A stretch of DNA of 64,000 nucleotides from Gnetum montanum (GCA_015680685.1 MNCI01002843.1:1-64000); one strand, 5' to 3'; counted from the first letter of the stretch, positions 13,977-27,403 are shown. Program-made: numbers and translations. Notes: generated by a model from the letters alone, not told the origin.

Positions 13977-14431
13977 TGTTATGAAATTTAATTAAATCTA
14001 CAAACTAAAACAACAAAGACAATAAGTAAAACACACGAAAATTTATGTAGAAAATCCCAAAGTGGGAAAAAACCATGGGAACTAGTGCAAAACTCTTCCT
14101 TTATTTGGACAAAATATCCAAAGGACACAAGTCATCCTTGATAACTCTCATAGCTTGTTGCTTCCATGACACTCTTAAGTCCTTCCATTCACACTTTGTA
14201 GCTATTATTATGGTGGTTCTTAACACATCTTCCCACCCTTAATTTATAGGAGAAAACACCAAATTTTTTTCTATTACAAACTTTAGATAATTTTAGAAAC
14301 TGCTAATCATATCTTCAGAAAAGATTACAAAGCTGTAAGTTATGAAAGACATGACTTAAATTGATATAAAATAGAAGAAAAATTTTCTTCACATTAATCA
14401 ACAATTAACAATTCTTAATTTTTCACATTAA
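13977..14431 (-). repeat. Copia 5' LTR
   Basis: Starts TGTTATGAAATTTAATTAAATC on +, 2 nt from the PBS. Confidence 0.88.
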
Positions 14432-14649
14432 TTGACAACTGAAAAATTCATACTTGAAATTCCTTTGGCAACCATGTTGTTACATTTAGCTAAGCATTGT
14501 GGTACATCGTATGGTAGCTCCTGAGTGCATGAAAAATATGCATGTTGGATATGCATGCTATGTGGTAAGGAGGCATTGCATGTGAGGCATAGTTTACATA
14601 TCCAAGTAACTTGGTAAGGAGGCATTGCTATGTATATGTCTTGGGCTGA

Positions 14650-15147
14650 TGCAACTATTATTGAGATTACCAAGTAACTTAATTAAGAAAAGTCACTACT
14701 GGGTTACCAAATAGTTACACTTTGTGCTTGAAATCATTCATACTTGTTCCCCCTTAATAATAGACATTGGAATATTAATTAACTAAGGAAATGTAAATAC
14801 CTGAATAAAAGTAAAATTATGCTAAGTGAAATGCTGCAATGATAAAGAACAATCTTGATCTTTATTGTTGTTCATGAATTGTGTCCAAGAATAATCCACT
14901 TGAATAAAGATTCTGTACAATTGTAATTCAACACATTGCAGACATTCATTCTAACTCTAACTTATGAAAACAAATTATAAGAGTTTCGCTAAGTGTTGGT
15001 GAAATGTTTTTCTTTCAACGCAATGGTAGGTTAGTATTTCTAAGTATAACCATGGCCCAATACATCATATATATGATGAAGTATGCAGAGCTACATAATT
15101 GTAACTAGATACGATATCGTAGTCTACAAACAAAAAAAGTTTTATCA
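14650..15147 (-). mobile_element. Truncated, older LTR remnant of the Athila-like family
   Basis: Contains family blocks CTACTGGGTTACCAA and GATCTTTATTG...GAATAAAGAT. Ends ...ACGATATCGTAGTC...TTTATCA like the element C LTR. Left boundary approximate. Confidence 0.75.
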
Positions 15148-15284
15148 AAAATAAATATCTTCATTGGAAATTACAAGGACAAACTAAAGGAGTTTCAGGA
15201 TAATGTTGCTCCTAATTATTTTTTTCAAGTAATTGGCCTAGATATTACACTATTTCGTCAATGCAAAGGCTTATACAAAATAAG

Positions 15285-16102
15285 TGATAAGTAGTGGAGA
15301 AATCCAACACTCAACTATACAAGTCATAGGTGTTTCATGCACAACCAGATCGTAATTCGTTGACAAGGCAATGTGATTCCCACATGAAACTAGTAAAGTC
15401 TACATGTATGGTTTAGCTCACAGTGAGGTATATGATATGTTGATGTTATTTGGCCATTTGGCTCTTAGCATACATGGTGAAGTAAAAATAATTTCTAACT
15501 ATAATTATAACAATAAATGAATCTAGTCTATCCTAAGGTGATGAGTATCCGATCCTAATCTTCCATATGCACCCTAGGTTTCATGTAACTAGTATTGGGA
15601 TTACTAACTACTTCGCTACTAGGCGATCCAAGCGATAACACTACTAGGTTACCAAGAAATTACCAAGCGATCCAAGTGCTAGAGATCAGTTGTACTCATT
15701 CTGCTTAACAATAGTAATGGTAAGATGCATGGAATAGTAAACATTAACTAAGAAAATAGTAAACTAGGAGAATGCTGCAATAGTATGAAATAGCTTGATC
15801 TTTATTGCTAGTCACATTTGTGCCCAAGTATAAGATGCTCGAATAAAGACTCCATACACCACATCACACTATACTATGGGTATTCACACTTTAAGTGCTT
15901 AAACTAAATTAATGAAAACAAATTGAAAGAGTTCTACTACTATGGAATGAAAACTATTATGAATCTATGTGCCTAAGTGCTATATTTATAGGTTGGCACA
16001 CATATTGCGATATTGCATATACAATGGTGTAGTTAGTGCTACAATATTGGAGTTATAATATCGTATATCCAATATCATAGTCTATCAAATTTGACTTTAT
16101 CA
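15285..16102 (-). repeat. Element C 3' LTR
   Basis: Aligns with 44032-44891. Preceded on the minus strand by the PPT-region block AACTTAAGGATGAGTTTTC. Confidence 0.9.
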
Positions 16103-16297
16103 TGCCTTCACGATTGATTGAAAACTCATCCTTAAGTTAAAACAAAATATGGATAGAGTTTCTTACAAAATTGGGAGGTAGATTTACATAATAGTATTTA
16201 CATGACACCAAATGTCGTAGTGGTGTTTTAGAAAATTAGCACAAGACATGATAAGACAACTTGGACAAAAACAAAATTGGATGAAGCTCAATGTGGC

Positions 16298-16665
16298 CTA
16301 TTTAGGTGCTGGTGGTGGTGGCTCTTCCATTGGTTGATACCCCTTGTCATCAGGCTTCTGAAATTTGTATCTATTTAGGAGCACCTGAAGTTTCTCCTCC
16401 TCCATTCTAGGGTCATGTACCATCCATGTTTGTTGCATAATATGTGATGGAGCTAGTACATCCCATGGACATGGTAGTTGTGGAAACATTTGATTAGCCT
16501 TGACATACTAGGCCATGAACTATCTCCTCTCTTCTTCAAATGCTTTAGCCTCTACTCATAACTCATGACAATATGAAAATATTTTGGCTAGATTTGTTGC
16601 AACATCCTTATGTCCCTGTTAGCCAACCTTTACTGCTTCTAATTCATAGTTTGCTACTTAAAGTT
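16298..16665 (-). pseudogene. Element C extra ORF, 3' part
   Basis: MFPQLPCPWDV..DPRMEEEKLQ..PMEEPPP* matches the C-terminus of the B ORF (24136-24366). Confidence 0.85.
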
Positions 16666-17527
16666 TGATGGGATGTGATATCGCATGGGCCACGATATTG
16701 CGTATGTGATATCACATCAACCACAATATCGCATCCCTCACAATATCACGTCGTTCCCCGCGATATTGCATACGCAATATCGCAGTCCGCCACCAATTCT
16801 ATAAATAAGAGGCGGATCTCCCTTGTTTTTCATTCTAGGCCTAGACCATAGCGAAACTTTGGCAGTTTTACCTCCCCAAAGATAGAATAATTTCCATGTG
16901 CCCATAGTAGAAGCTCCAAAGTGAACGGATCTTTATTCAAGCAAATATTATACCTGAACACAAGTTTGTATACGGAAATAAAGATGAACAGTTGGATAAA
17001 CCTTGTAGTGCATGGACTAAGCTAATTAGGATTTTAATTACTGTTATTTATTGTTTATCATTTAAATGCTTTATTAGTTAATCAAATCTCTCTCAACCCT
17101 TCTCCAATAGTTAAGTGCATTTAGTATGACCACTTCGAGCACGTGCGTTACGCTTGGTGATCCCAGTAACGAATAGCGTTTGGTAACCAAGGTTGCATTG
17201 GTTCAGGGTGTGAATGGTAAGTGGGAACAGATGTTGATGCTAGGTTAATTAAGGCATAGTTAGTTAGTTAAAGTTAGTTAATTAGTCTCTTCACCTTTTA
17301 CCCCATTAGCATAGGTGATAAAACAGAAAAGATATAAAAATCACAAATCTCAGACTTACTTAACCATACAACCGTGACAACTACAAGTAAGTCTGGGAAG
17401 ACAACGAACGATTAACCTTAAGTGTTCCATAAGGCGTGTAGGCACTTAGTTTGCGGAGTTTGACCGGATCGCACATGTAATGCTCGTATTCATATGGTTG
17501 AGTGTAGGGGTACCTCGCCACTCATCA
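16666..17527 (+). repeat. Element A 5' LTR
   Basis: TGATG...CATCA termini, 7 palindrome copies, then TATAAATA at ~16800. Confidence 0.95.
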
Positions 17528-17528
17528 T

Positions 17529-17546
17529 TGGCGCCGTTGCCGGGGA
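17529..17546 (+). promoter_or_regulatory. tRNA-Asp PBS
   Basis: TGGCGCCGTTGCCGGGGA, complementary to the 3' end of plant tRNA-Asp, typical of the Athila lineage. Confidence 0.93.
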
Positions 17547-17671
17547 CTAAGTGTTTGTGTGCTAAGTTGAACATAGAAAATTATCCACATCATTGGGAGC
17601 TTAAACAAACCCTTAGGGTTAATTAAACAAAACAATTATATAATGGTTAATTAGCACATCGATAAGACACA

Positions 17672-20600
17672 ATGTCTTCTTCTTCTTCTCATAAAAGCAC
17701 TTCACCACCTAGGGATCACAAAAGAGCCAATCAGCGGTCTAACACACGTAACCAACCACCACCAGTTCCTCAGCAGCATCAGGTAGTGTATACTCATCAT
17801 GATGAGTATATACCAAATTTTACCTTTATCCTCCATCAAGATGAACAACTGTGATGGAGAGACTTGCAAGGTAACATAGTGTTACCTCTAGATCATTCAA
17901 TCCCAAACATGCTCCTCCGTGCTCTTGCACAAATAGACATGACGCAGCTATATGCTGAATATGTTGTAGGAGATTTTGACACAAGGGATTACCATCCCAC
18001 AGTAGCACAACGTTTAAGGGACTCGAGGCAGGAGAGCTATCATACATGGTTGAAGGGCAAAGGGCCCCGTAACGGTTCACCCGTCATAAGCGAGATCAAG
18101 GGTGGTGAACCTATTTTCATAGGTTCTCCACAAAATGATGTTCCCCTCCTAACGATGGTGAGGAGGTTGGGTATCAAAACCTACACTTCACGATTCACAA
18201 CCTTGGTTCTGATCCCCGTGAACGCCAACTGTTCACTGAGGGAACAAAAACATATGATAAGGACAGGCATTTAGATCATCATCACGATCAGGGCCGTAGC
18301 CACTGAAGAGAAGGTAAGAAACATCGTCATGGCAATGGTTCCCCTTCTTCTTTCCCTTCATCACATCATTCACCCTCTCCTTCCACATCAGGGCATAGTC
18401 ACAAAGAGCACAACGATGAGGATAAGGGTAAGCAAGATGAGAGACCTCAACGAGAGAGTCAAGAGAGAGGATGAGGGTATTCATGAGAATCAAGGCATAG
18501 AAGGGAAAGTAGGGAACCACGTAGGCATCATAGACATCATGAGAGAGATGATCATGACGAACCCTTACTAGCAACCTAGAGTATGTTAGATATTACGGAG
18601 GCTGTGAGAATACCTACAAGGCATAAAAAAGATAGCCGGATCAAGAGATTAGATATGAATAATATCCCATGCTTTGAAGGGGGATACAATGTTGATCCGC
18701 AGAATCATTTATAGGCATTCCACGATGCCTGTGCCTTGCAAAATATTGAAAAAAAGAGACAGAAGTTAAAGTTGTTTCCTAGGACACTCATAAAAGAGGC
18801 AAAAAGTTGGTACCGGTTCTTAGAACTGGAAACCATTAGGAGGTGGAGTACAATGTTATAATTTTTTAACGATAAATACCAAACGTACTCCAGAGTGTCC
18901 AACTTGCATAGGTAGATCCAAGGATGGAAGCAGGGTAATCATGAACCCTTGGATGCTGCCATGGGCCGATACTATGCTTTACTACATCATTGCCTGGACC
19001 ATGGTTACGCACAACGGGATCAACTCCACCACCTCGTAGATGGGCTAAGACATGAAACTAGGAGAACCCATGGGACATAAACCCAAGGGAGATTATCTAA
19101 ACTTAGATCCCATGAAATTCATCAATTTTTGAAGCAAGTAGCTAAAGAATAAGGGGAGCTACGGAAAAGAGAGAGCGTGGAAGAATATAACCGTGATCCT
19201 TCCCTCTGAAAGAGGGGAGTAAGATTTTGTGATGAAGAGGATGAGTCACCACTCGAAGAGTTAGTGAATAGAAAAACCTTGCCTCTTCAAAAGCTAACAA
19301 TGGAAGTATCAGCTAAGGTAGATGAAATATGGAGCTCCTTAGATAGTAAAATTGAAACTATCATAAAAATCGTAGAGGAGTCTAAGGAGGAACGAAGTAG
19401 TGACCAGGATAAGAAAAAGAGAAGAGATTCAGGCCATGCATGTGATAAGGGTAAGGAAAAAATGACTATCGCCGATGAGGTTGTGGATTCTAACACAGAT
19501 AATGACGGTGGATGTGAGATTTGCCAATATGACCATCCTAAGGGATGTTGCCCAATAATCTCACATCTACAAGAGTCTGGGATTTATGCACTCAACCCAA
19601 GACATAACCAACGGAAAGCACCCCGAAGGTTACCTTATCCCCAAGGTAACCCGAGGCAGTTCCACCGACTGTTAACATATTATCCAAGTGGAACTCCACC
19701 ACAACCTATCAGGCAACACCAACAGTGGCAACACCCACAGTCATGGGGGATGCCACTGCCTAGGCAACAATACCCTTACTCGCAACCAGATCCATATGGC
19801 TACTACGTGTAGCAGCTGATTTCTCCAAGTGACTCTATGGGTCAGGCAACTCCACAACGTCACTACCAAGTTTGGGAGTATTTTAGGACTCCTCCTATGA
19901 AAGACACACCATACACATACCATTCTTTGAATCCATCCACCACTCATACACCGATAGTTCCACTACCACCCACTCCAACAATGCAAGGGGAACTCCCCAC
20001 TCAACCGCAGCAACGCACTGCTACAAGAGCTGTGAATCTTCAACCTGCTGTTGGTTCTGACAACCATAAAAGGAGAAGACCTTTCTTCAAAACCAAAAGC
20101 CCAAACAAGCTCTCACGACCACAAGCGGTTGAGTCCGTGCACGCTCCTCCAACAAATAAGGCTTCGGAGCTCCCTTCAAACCAACAACAGGGCTTAATGC
20201 ATATGGTTATGTTAACACATATCATAACTGACTGGATAAAGGTGGGCCACCTTCCCAGGAAACTCTCTGACCCTGGGAGTCCCTTAATCTATCTACAAGT
20301 CATTGGGAATGAACCTCATAAGGCTCTTCTTGACTCAAGTTCCAGAGTCAACTTAATCTCACGAGAAATGTATAAAGCCTGGAACCTACCTCCACTCAAG
20401 AAGAGCAATATTCAACTAGAGCTGGCTAACTAGTCCATCACCATTCCCTTGGGATTGGTGGAGGACATCATTACCACTGTGTGTGGTTGGTCATACCCAG
20501 TCAATTTCCTAGTGATAGAAGTTAACAGTAATAAATGGAACTTTCTAATTATAATGGGGAGGGCATGGCTCAGCACTCTCAACGTGTGCCTAGGGATCCA

Positions 20601-20960
20601 CGATCTTTCCTTGGAAATATCTAAGTAAAATATTTATGGAAAGATCGAGAAGAAGAAAGTTCCATGCATCACATATAGTGACTCAGAGGGTGATGACATG
20701 GGGGAATGCTCAGCATTTCCTGCATGTAACCGGTGTGCACCAGAGGATAACATACAAAGGTGCATGTATGTAGCAACCATGCAACAAGAGAACACCCAGT
20801 GGTTGATAGCTGATCAAAAAAGCAGCCCACCAACATGCATGGAACTAGCTAAGGAAACAACTTGCAATCACAACGAAAGCATGGACACATTGGAATATGA
20901 GCGTCGCCAACTTCCACCCCTTAATCTAAAAACATCAATTGGGAGAAGTTGGACACTTCT
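17672..20960 (+). pseudogene. gag: Element A gag-protease polyprotein (degenerate)
   Basis: KLKLFPRTLIKEAKSWY capsid-like motif ~18770, CEICQYDHPKGC knuckle ~19515, P/Q-rich spacer, KALLDSSSRVNLI protease site ~20320. Ends with no RT. Confidence 0.88.
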
Positions 20961-22913
20961 AAGAAATTCAAATAGGTGCTCATTATTTTGGATCTCTCCC
21001 TTTAAATTTAGTCATGGGGGAGATGACCACCTATGCTAATCATTCGAGGCCCTTAGTTCTTTTAAGTTTTTTTTTACACGTTTTTGTTTTGCACATTTTT
21101 GTTTTACAATTTCTTTAACTTTTCTTGTTTTTGTTTTACAACATCATTTATAATTTTTCATTTATTTGTAAGAGTGTGTGTTATCCATCTTGTAAGTTTG
21201 TCACCCAATAAGTGTTCTTCATGATGGTATGAACTGTTTTCTACTGGTTGCTAATGTTTGGTTTTTACCTTTAAGTTATGATGTTAATACTAAGGTATGG
21301 TTCTTTTGATATGACAGGCAATGAGTCCACTTCATCCATACACCCACAAATTTCTATGGTCTCTCTTGGCTTGGAATTGTACAGTCCCTTCTCAATAATA
21401 AGAACTATAACAAATCAATGATTGGGCAATTCTCAAACTAAGGAAGGACTCAAGGATTGAAAAGGGTATGACTTCAAGGGAACTTGATGCATTTGTGTTG
21501 GCCATTCTCTTGGATGCTTGGATGTTTTCTTCTTGAGTTTTCTTACCACTTCGATGTTACCCAATTATCAGGAAGCTGAGCTAATAAAAATAAGAAGTCT
21601 TTGCATGGTGTGGTTCTCACACATAAACACACAAGAAAAAAATGGTGAGGATTCAAAGCACACCCCTTAGACGAAATAATCATTTGGGCTGCAAGCATTG
21701 GTTATGGAACTCAAATATACATGTTCCCTCTAACTAAGGCCCTTCTCACTTCCCATTCTCTCCTCATTTGTTTTGTCGAAATGGTGGTGGCTCTTTGAGG
21801 GATGCATTCTTGTTACTTCGAGTGGATAGACTAGCTGAATGCATTACTGCAAAGTTAGTGGATGTGGTTTGTTTGAGGCCAGACTTGGAATGGGATCTAC
21901 TAAGTCACAGTAATCATTAAAAACACAAGGGGCTGTACATCACCTTGTTCTTGAGATTCCATTCCATTCTCTTCTTTCCATCATTCTTCCTCCATTATTC
22001 ACCTCATTGTCGGTTGTATCATTAGTGTATATTTTGGTTATTTTCTTTTTGGTAAATTCTTGTGGTTAAGACTTTAACTCTTGTTCCAAATGACATTCCC
22101 AGAGCCTACGGACTCTTTGAATGTGGGTTTGTCAAGCCATTAAGGGCATGAGCCTACTGTGGGGATGACCCACTAGCATTCCTATTTGGTACACCAGCTA
22201 AATTCTTTCCCTTAACATTTTTGCAATCCACTCTGTTTTGTTCATTTCCATCTTGACATCTATTTCATCGACGTTATAGTTGTTTCTTTTTCTCCATCTT
22301 TCTTGTTCTTTTTTTTTCTCCATTCTATCGCTACCAGAGGTTCGCTCTTAGTCATGGGGGTCCTGGTCCAATTTTTTCAATTTTCTCCTAACCCCTACAC
22401 CTTCGGTAGTCACCATGAATATATCTCCAAATCCGCATTAGCCATACCACAACCCAGCCAATGGACCTTTCACCGAAGCAAGGTATCAATTACATTATGA
22501 TTCATTTACCCTTGCTAATATATGATTGTGTTGTGTGTGCAGATGGCAATCATACAACAACGGATTGGATATGGAGGGAACACTTGGAATCGATCAGTGC
22601 TGAAGCAGCTATGCAAGGAGCAAGATCGATTGCATGCTTATGGATAGACAACGAAAGACGCAATCTTGGCATTGGCAGTAGCAAACTTCTTCTCTCTTCT
22701 CTCTTCTCTCTCAGCTGCCAACTAAGGCCTAATGTCAAATGTATAAAGTGTTCACTCTTGTTGTTGTGAACGCCAGCTTTGTCTTGTTTTGTAATGATGA
22801 TCTGTTCACATGTCATCCCATTCATCATTAGTTCCATTCAAGTCAATAATCCCATACCTTCCCAATATTTTGTAAGGAACTCAAGGATGAGTTTTTATTC
22901 AGTCATCATGGTA

Positions 22914-23741
22914 TGATGCGATGCGATATCGCGTACATGATATCGCATCAGCCGCGATATTGCATCATTCCTTACAATATTGCGTACGCAATATCGCGAT
23001 CCACCACCAGTTCTATAAATAAGAGGCGGCTCTCCCTTGTTTCTCATTCTAGGCCTAGACCGTAGTGAAACTCTGGCAATTTTACCTTCCCAGAGATAGA
23101 ATAATTTCCATGTGCCTGCAGTAGGAGCTCCAAAGTGAACGAATCTTTATTCGAGCAAATATTGTACCTGAACACAAGTTTGTGTACGAAAATAAAGACG
23201 AACTGTTGGATAAACCTTGTAGTGCATGGACTAAGCTAATTAGGATTTTAATTACTATTATTTATTGTTTATCATTTAAATGCTTTATTAGTTAATCAAA
23301 TCTCTCTCAACCCTTCTCCCATAGCTAAGTGCATTCAGTATGACCACTTCGAGCACGTTCGTTATGCTTGGTGATCCCAGTAACGAATAGCATTTGGTAA
23401 CCAAGGTTGCATTGGTTCAGGGTGTGAACGGTAAGTGGGAATGGATGCTAATGCTAGGTTAATTAACGCTTATTTAGTTAGTTAAAGTTAGTCAATTAGT
23501 CTCTTCACCTTTTACCCCATTAGCATAGGCGATAAAACAGAAAAGATATTAAAATCACATACCTCAGACTTACTTAACCATACAACCGTGAAAACTATAA
23601 GTAAGTCTAGGAAGACAACGAACGATTAACCTTAAGTGTTCCATAAGGCATGTAGGTACTTAGTCTACGGAGTTCAACTGGATCGCACATGTAATGCTCG
23701 TATTCGTATGGTTGAGTGTAGGGGTACCTCGCCACTCATCA
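22914..23741 (+). repeat. Element A second LTR
   Basis: Near-identical to 16666-17527 but with 5 palindrome copies. Preceded by a PPT-region block, followed by a PBS-like 18-mer. Confidence 0.95.
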
Positions 23742-24135
23742 TTGGCACCATTACCGGGGATTAAGTGTTTGTGCGCTAAGTTGAACATAGAAAATTATCC
23801 ACATCGTTGGGAGCTACTTAAAACTAAACATTTAAAAACTCTAAAAATTTTCTACCAGATCTATCTACCTCTTATTTATAGATGAGGAGACAGGCTGTGA
23901 TATCGCGTACATGATATCGTGGCCAACAAAATGATAACTCATCATACCCCCACAAATGAATGAAAACTCATCCTCGAGTTATAGTGAGGACAAGCTCCAT
24001 TGATTACACAGTGGATAGGTATGGGATTATTGACTGGTGAGAATGGGTTCATGCCATAGTTTGGAATCAGAACAAAATTGAGACACAACACAAAGAATGT
24101 GAAAGAAAATCCTATAGCTACAAAATTGATGGAAC

Positions 24136-26928
24136 TCATGTAGTTCCTAGTGGTGGTGGCTCCTCCATGGGTGCCTTTCCCTTGTCTTGTGCTCCAGGTC
24201 TTGGGACTTGATGGCATTGAATTATGGCTTGGAGTTTCTCCTCTTCGATTCGTGGATCCTGTGCTGTCCATGTTAATGTTCCGATGTTTGATGGAGTCGA
24301 CACCTCCGATGGGCAGGGTAGTTGTAGAAACATTTTATTTTCCTTGACATACCAAGCCGCAAACACCCGTCATTCCTCCTTGTAGGCTCTAGCTTTGTCT
24401 CTGTATTCCTGAAAATCTACAAGCCATCAAGCCAAGTCTGTTGCAACACCTTTTTATCCCTGGTAGCTTGCTTTAACCACCTCAAGTTTAGAATTTGCAA
24501 CCTCCAATTTTTGCAATATCTTCTTGCATTCTGCAAATTCTATTTCATATTTAATGTAGGTGGTGGCTACCTAGTACTTGAGCTCTATTCTCGAGCACCT
24601 TGTTATTAACATGGCAAGGTTGGCATATCGCAGGTTTGCCAACTCCATGTATTCTGTAAGGTCTTGGATCTGCAAGTCCTGGTTCTTAACTTCCACCTAG
24701 TGGGCAAATGCATATGTGTCTAATATGGCCCGCCAATCAGTGTGTTGAGCACTGATAGCATTGATGTGGGGCTTGGCCATATGGATCTCCTTCTCAAAGA
24801 TCTTTTTATACATCCCCAACTGGTCCCGGAAGTGCTCCTTTAGCTTTTCATGTCATTTAGCCTCATTCTGCCATGCGCTTATTTCAATATCCATCTTCTG
24901 GCGAATGGCGTGTACCTCCTCCATTGAGAGGGTTTGATTTTCCCTGGCTAAATAATTCATGTCCTAGTTGACCCGGATGAGTTGTTCTCGTAATTGCTAA
25001 AAATGTTCTTCGAGAACATTCTTTTGCTTTTCCAAGGAGGTCAACCGAAGGTTGTTAGCAACAAGCTACTTGTTTTCCTCTTGTAAGGCCTTGAGTGCCT
25101 TGGTATGTGCATAAGTTTGCGCTTGTGCTACAGAGGCATCCGAAATAGCCTTCTCTTTTTCTTCTGCCACCTTCTTATTCTCTGTTAATAGTTTGTTCAG
25201 TTGCTCAGTTTTAAAAGTATCCAGCTGGTCTGTAGGAACAAATTGCGAAGGATCTCGCTGTGCTGCTTGTAGGGCCATGAGCCTTTCTTGTAATTTTTGC
25301 ACCTCTGCTTCAGCGTGCTCGACCCTCATCTCTGTTAAGACAAGCTTTCCCTTGGTGAAAATGAGGTTTGATTGAATTGTTGTAACATCCTGAGGGATGT
25401 TAAATAGGGACGTCATTACCTATCCTGTTTATAGTAATCAATCAAGTACATCCTCATGTTTCACAGGAGTCATTGAGGTTCCAGCCAGAGTTTGAGTATC
25501 CCATGCTCCTGAAAGATCTGCCAGTGGCACAATAGGTACATTAAACAATTCTTTAATGTGATCTGCGACCACTTCTACGGCTCCTGCTACATCCTCGTGC
25601 TGCATGACCACCATTGTGGCCCCTTCACCAGTTTCTAATTGCACTTGAAATGATGTAGTATTCCCTGAGATCTGTTGTGAGCAAGTGCTCTCCCCTCCTC
25701 CTGTATGGATGAACACTTCACCTCTTGTGCGATCCAAAGAAACTGTGGGGTGTATGGCATCATTGATGATGCGAAAGAGATTTTCATCATCACGACTTCC
25801 CCAACTGACAGTCTCAGTGATGGCCCTGAGATGGCTCATCGACAGTCTATAATCTTGCAGTGACAGCAGTTGATCCTGGCCCTTGCTAGACCCTACTTCT
25901 TGTTGTTGGCTGGGCCCTATACTTGTAAGTTGGCTGGGTCCTACAAGTTGAGTTGTAGTTGGTCCTGCCGTCTATTCTTTTTCTTGTTCTGGTCCTAGCG
26001 TCTCATCAGTGATTTTCCTTGCGATTGGTGGCTTTAGCAATTCAGCATATGAAGCATTTTGGGCTTTTCAAAGGACATCATTGGTGTATCCTCTGATATC
26101 AACACGTCAGCACAGCTTCCTGATAAGACAAGGGAAGGGTAACACCATCTTCCCTGTCTTCTGTTTTTCAAACCGCCTCGAGATCTCTATGAAGTATAGA
26201 TGAGGTAGGTTAGCATTAACCTTTCCCATCAATACTGCACATCCCCTTACCACATATGTTGAAATTCTTTCTAAGCCCTTCATGGGAAAGAGGTGATAAG
26301 TCCCTATTTTAAAATAGATCCTCTCTTCTGTCGTCAACTCTCCAAATGTCTTATCCTCCTTGCCACATGCCCTTTCCAACCAAACTCGTCATGCATCAGG
26401 GTTTGAACAAGTAGACAATTGAGCAACCTTTGGCCCTATATTTGGAAGGTTTAATACTTTTGAAATGGCCTAAACAAAGAAATCGATTGTCACACCACAC
26501 ATGTTAACTGTGGTGCCTTGTTCTCTATTGTGCCAAAATTGGTACGTTTCCCCTAAGTACCAGGCACCACTTTTAGGGAGGATAGGCCATAATGGGGACC
26601 CTTTAAGGTGGCCCCTAACGGCCTTTGAAGCAAACTCTGTGAAAGATTCAAAATTTAATTCCATAATCACCGCAATGAATATGGACCTTTCATGGATAGC
26701 CTAAACACAATCCTGGGGCAATGTGAGATGTTGTCCCTGTTCAAGCGCTATCGCAGCTCCTCCTTCTGCCTACCTTGATTGTATAGTAGTAGTGTCCTAT
26801 TGGTGAATGTTAAATGATTGTTCCTCCTGCTCTGCATGCTATCTGGTAGGAACTTGTCCTTTGCCTCTCCTAGGTTGTCTGCTCCCACCTTGAGCAGGAC
26901 CTCCCTGTTGTCTGCGTTTCAGGGCCAT
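24136..26928 (-). pseudogene. Element B extra ORF: 931 codons, N-terminal plant-transposon (Transposase_32/PMD-like) domain plus long coiled coil
   Basis: ATG 26928. ORF-track pieces ending at 26670, 26379, 25839, 25416 and 24366 share one frame, broken only by point stops. Motifs YQFWHN..VNMCGVTIDF..ISKVLNLP and LPFPCLIRKLC. E/K/Q/L-rich heptad region ~25400-24350. Confidence 0.85.
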
Positions 26929-27403
26929 CTGCAATCACACGAGGCTAATCGTTAGTAAGGTTGTTCCCGAAGTTAGGCTATACCTTAATGCTTGCCTTAA
27001 TGAATTTATTTTATCTCCATGTGATGTTTCTTGAAAGATTATAATAGTGAGTCCTTTTTACTTGGGTGGTTTCCAAATTTAGTTTCTTGGTATAACTAAG
27101 GGGATGAAATTATTTTTGGCACATTTATCCTTAATGTTATAACTAATTACCCTTGATAATGTCCTTCGGGTGATGAAAAATTTCAAAAAATTTATGCGTT
27201 ATTTGACGTGTGCCCCTTCCCCATGACTAAGCTGAATCCTCCGGGTTCAAGTAGGTTCAGACGGAATGAAAATCGAAGGACCAGCGAGCGAGATATAGGT
27301 ATGAAAGCAAGGGGCACGCAATCGTAAGTTGTAGAGAGAAATTTGAAAAAATCCCCCCCGTGAATGGTTGAAAATGATGGCAAGTGGTGCAGGGGGCATC
27401 ACG

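Larger units (their letters stand above)
9264..14431 (-). mobile_element. Degenerate full-length Ty1/copia LTR retrotransposon
   Basis: Paired LTRs ~9264-9691 and 13977-14431, iMet PBS. Minus-strand order: gag (MKDILAQKECDEAL, decayed zinc knuckle ~13260-13300), protease, GAG-pre-integrase (HKRLGHIS-like ~12750), integrase, RT (YVDDMLI ~11070), RNase H (TKHIDIKYHFIR ~9900). Many stops and frameshifts. Candidate TSD AATTG at 9259-9263 and 14430-14434, with an eroded right terminus. Confidence 0.93.
16666..23813 (+). mobile_element. Element A: non-autonomous Athila-like element (gag plus protease, no RT/RH/INT), followed by a second PBS and leader stub
   Basis: LTRs 16666-17527 and 22914-23741, PBS 17529-17546, gag-AP, no RT motifs. 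The second LTR is followed again by a PBS-like sequence and ~70 bp of leader. Confidence 0.9.

Noticed and set aside
16675-16786. GCGATATCGC cluster as a CRISPR-like array
   Set aside because: Repeats are 10 bp with 4-10 bp spacers inside plant LTRs, and there are no cas genes.
18329-18571. ORFs MAMVPLLLSL... and 61982-62341 conserved between A and D
   Set aside because: Alternative-frame readings of the low-complexity gag N-terminal tract; their similarity follows from DNA homology of the two elements.
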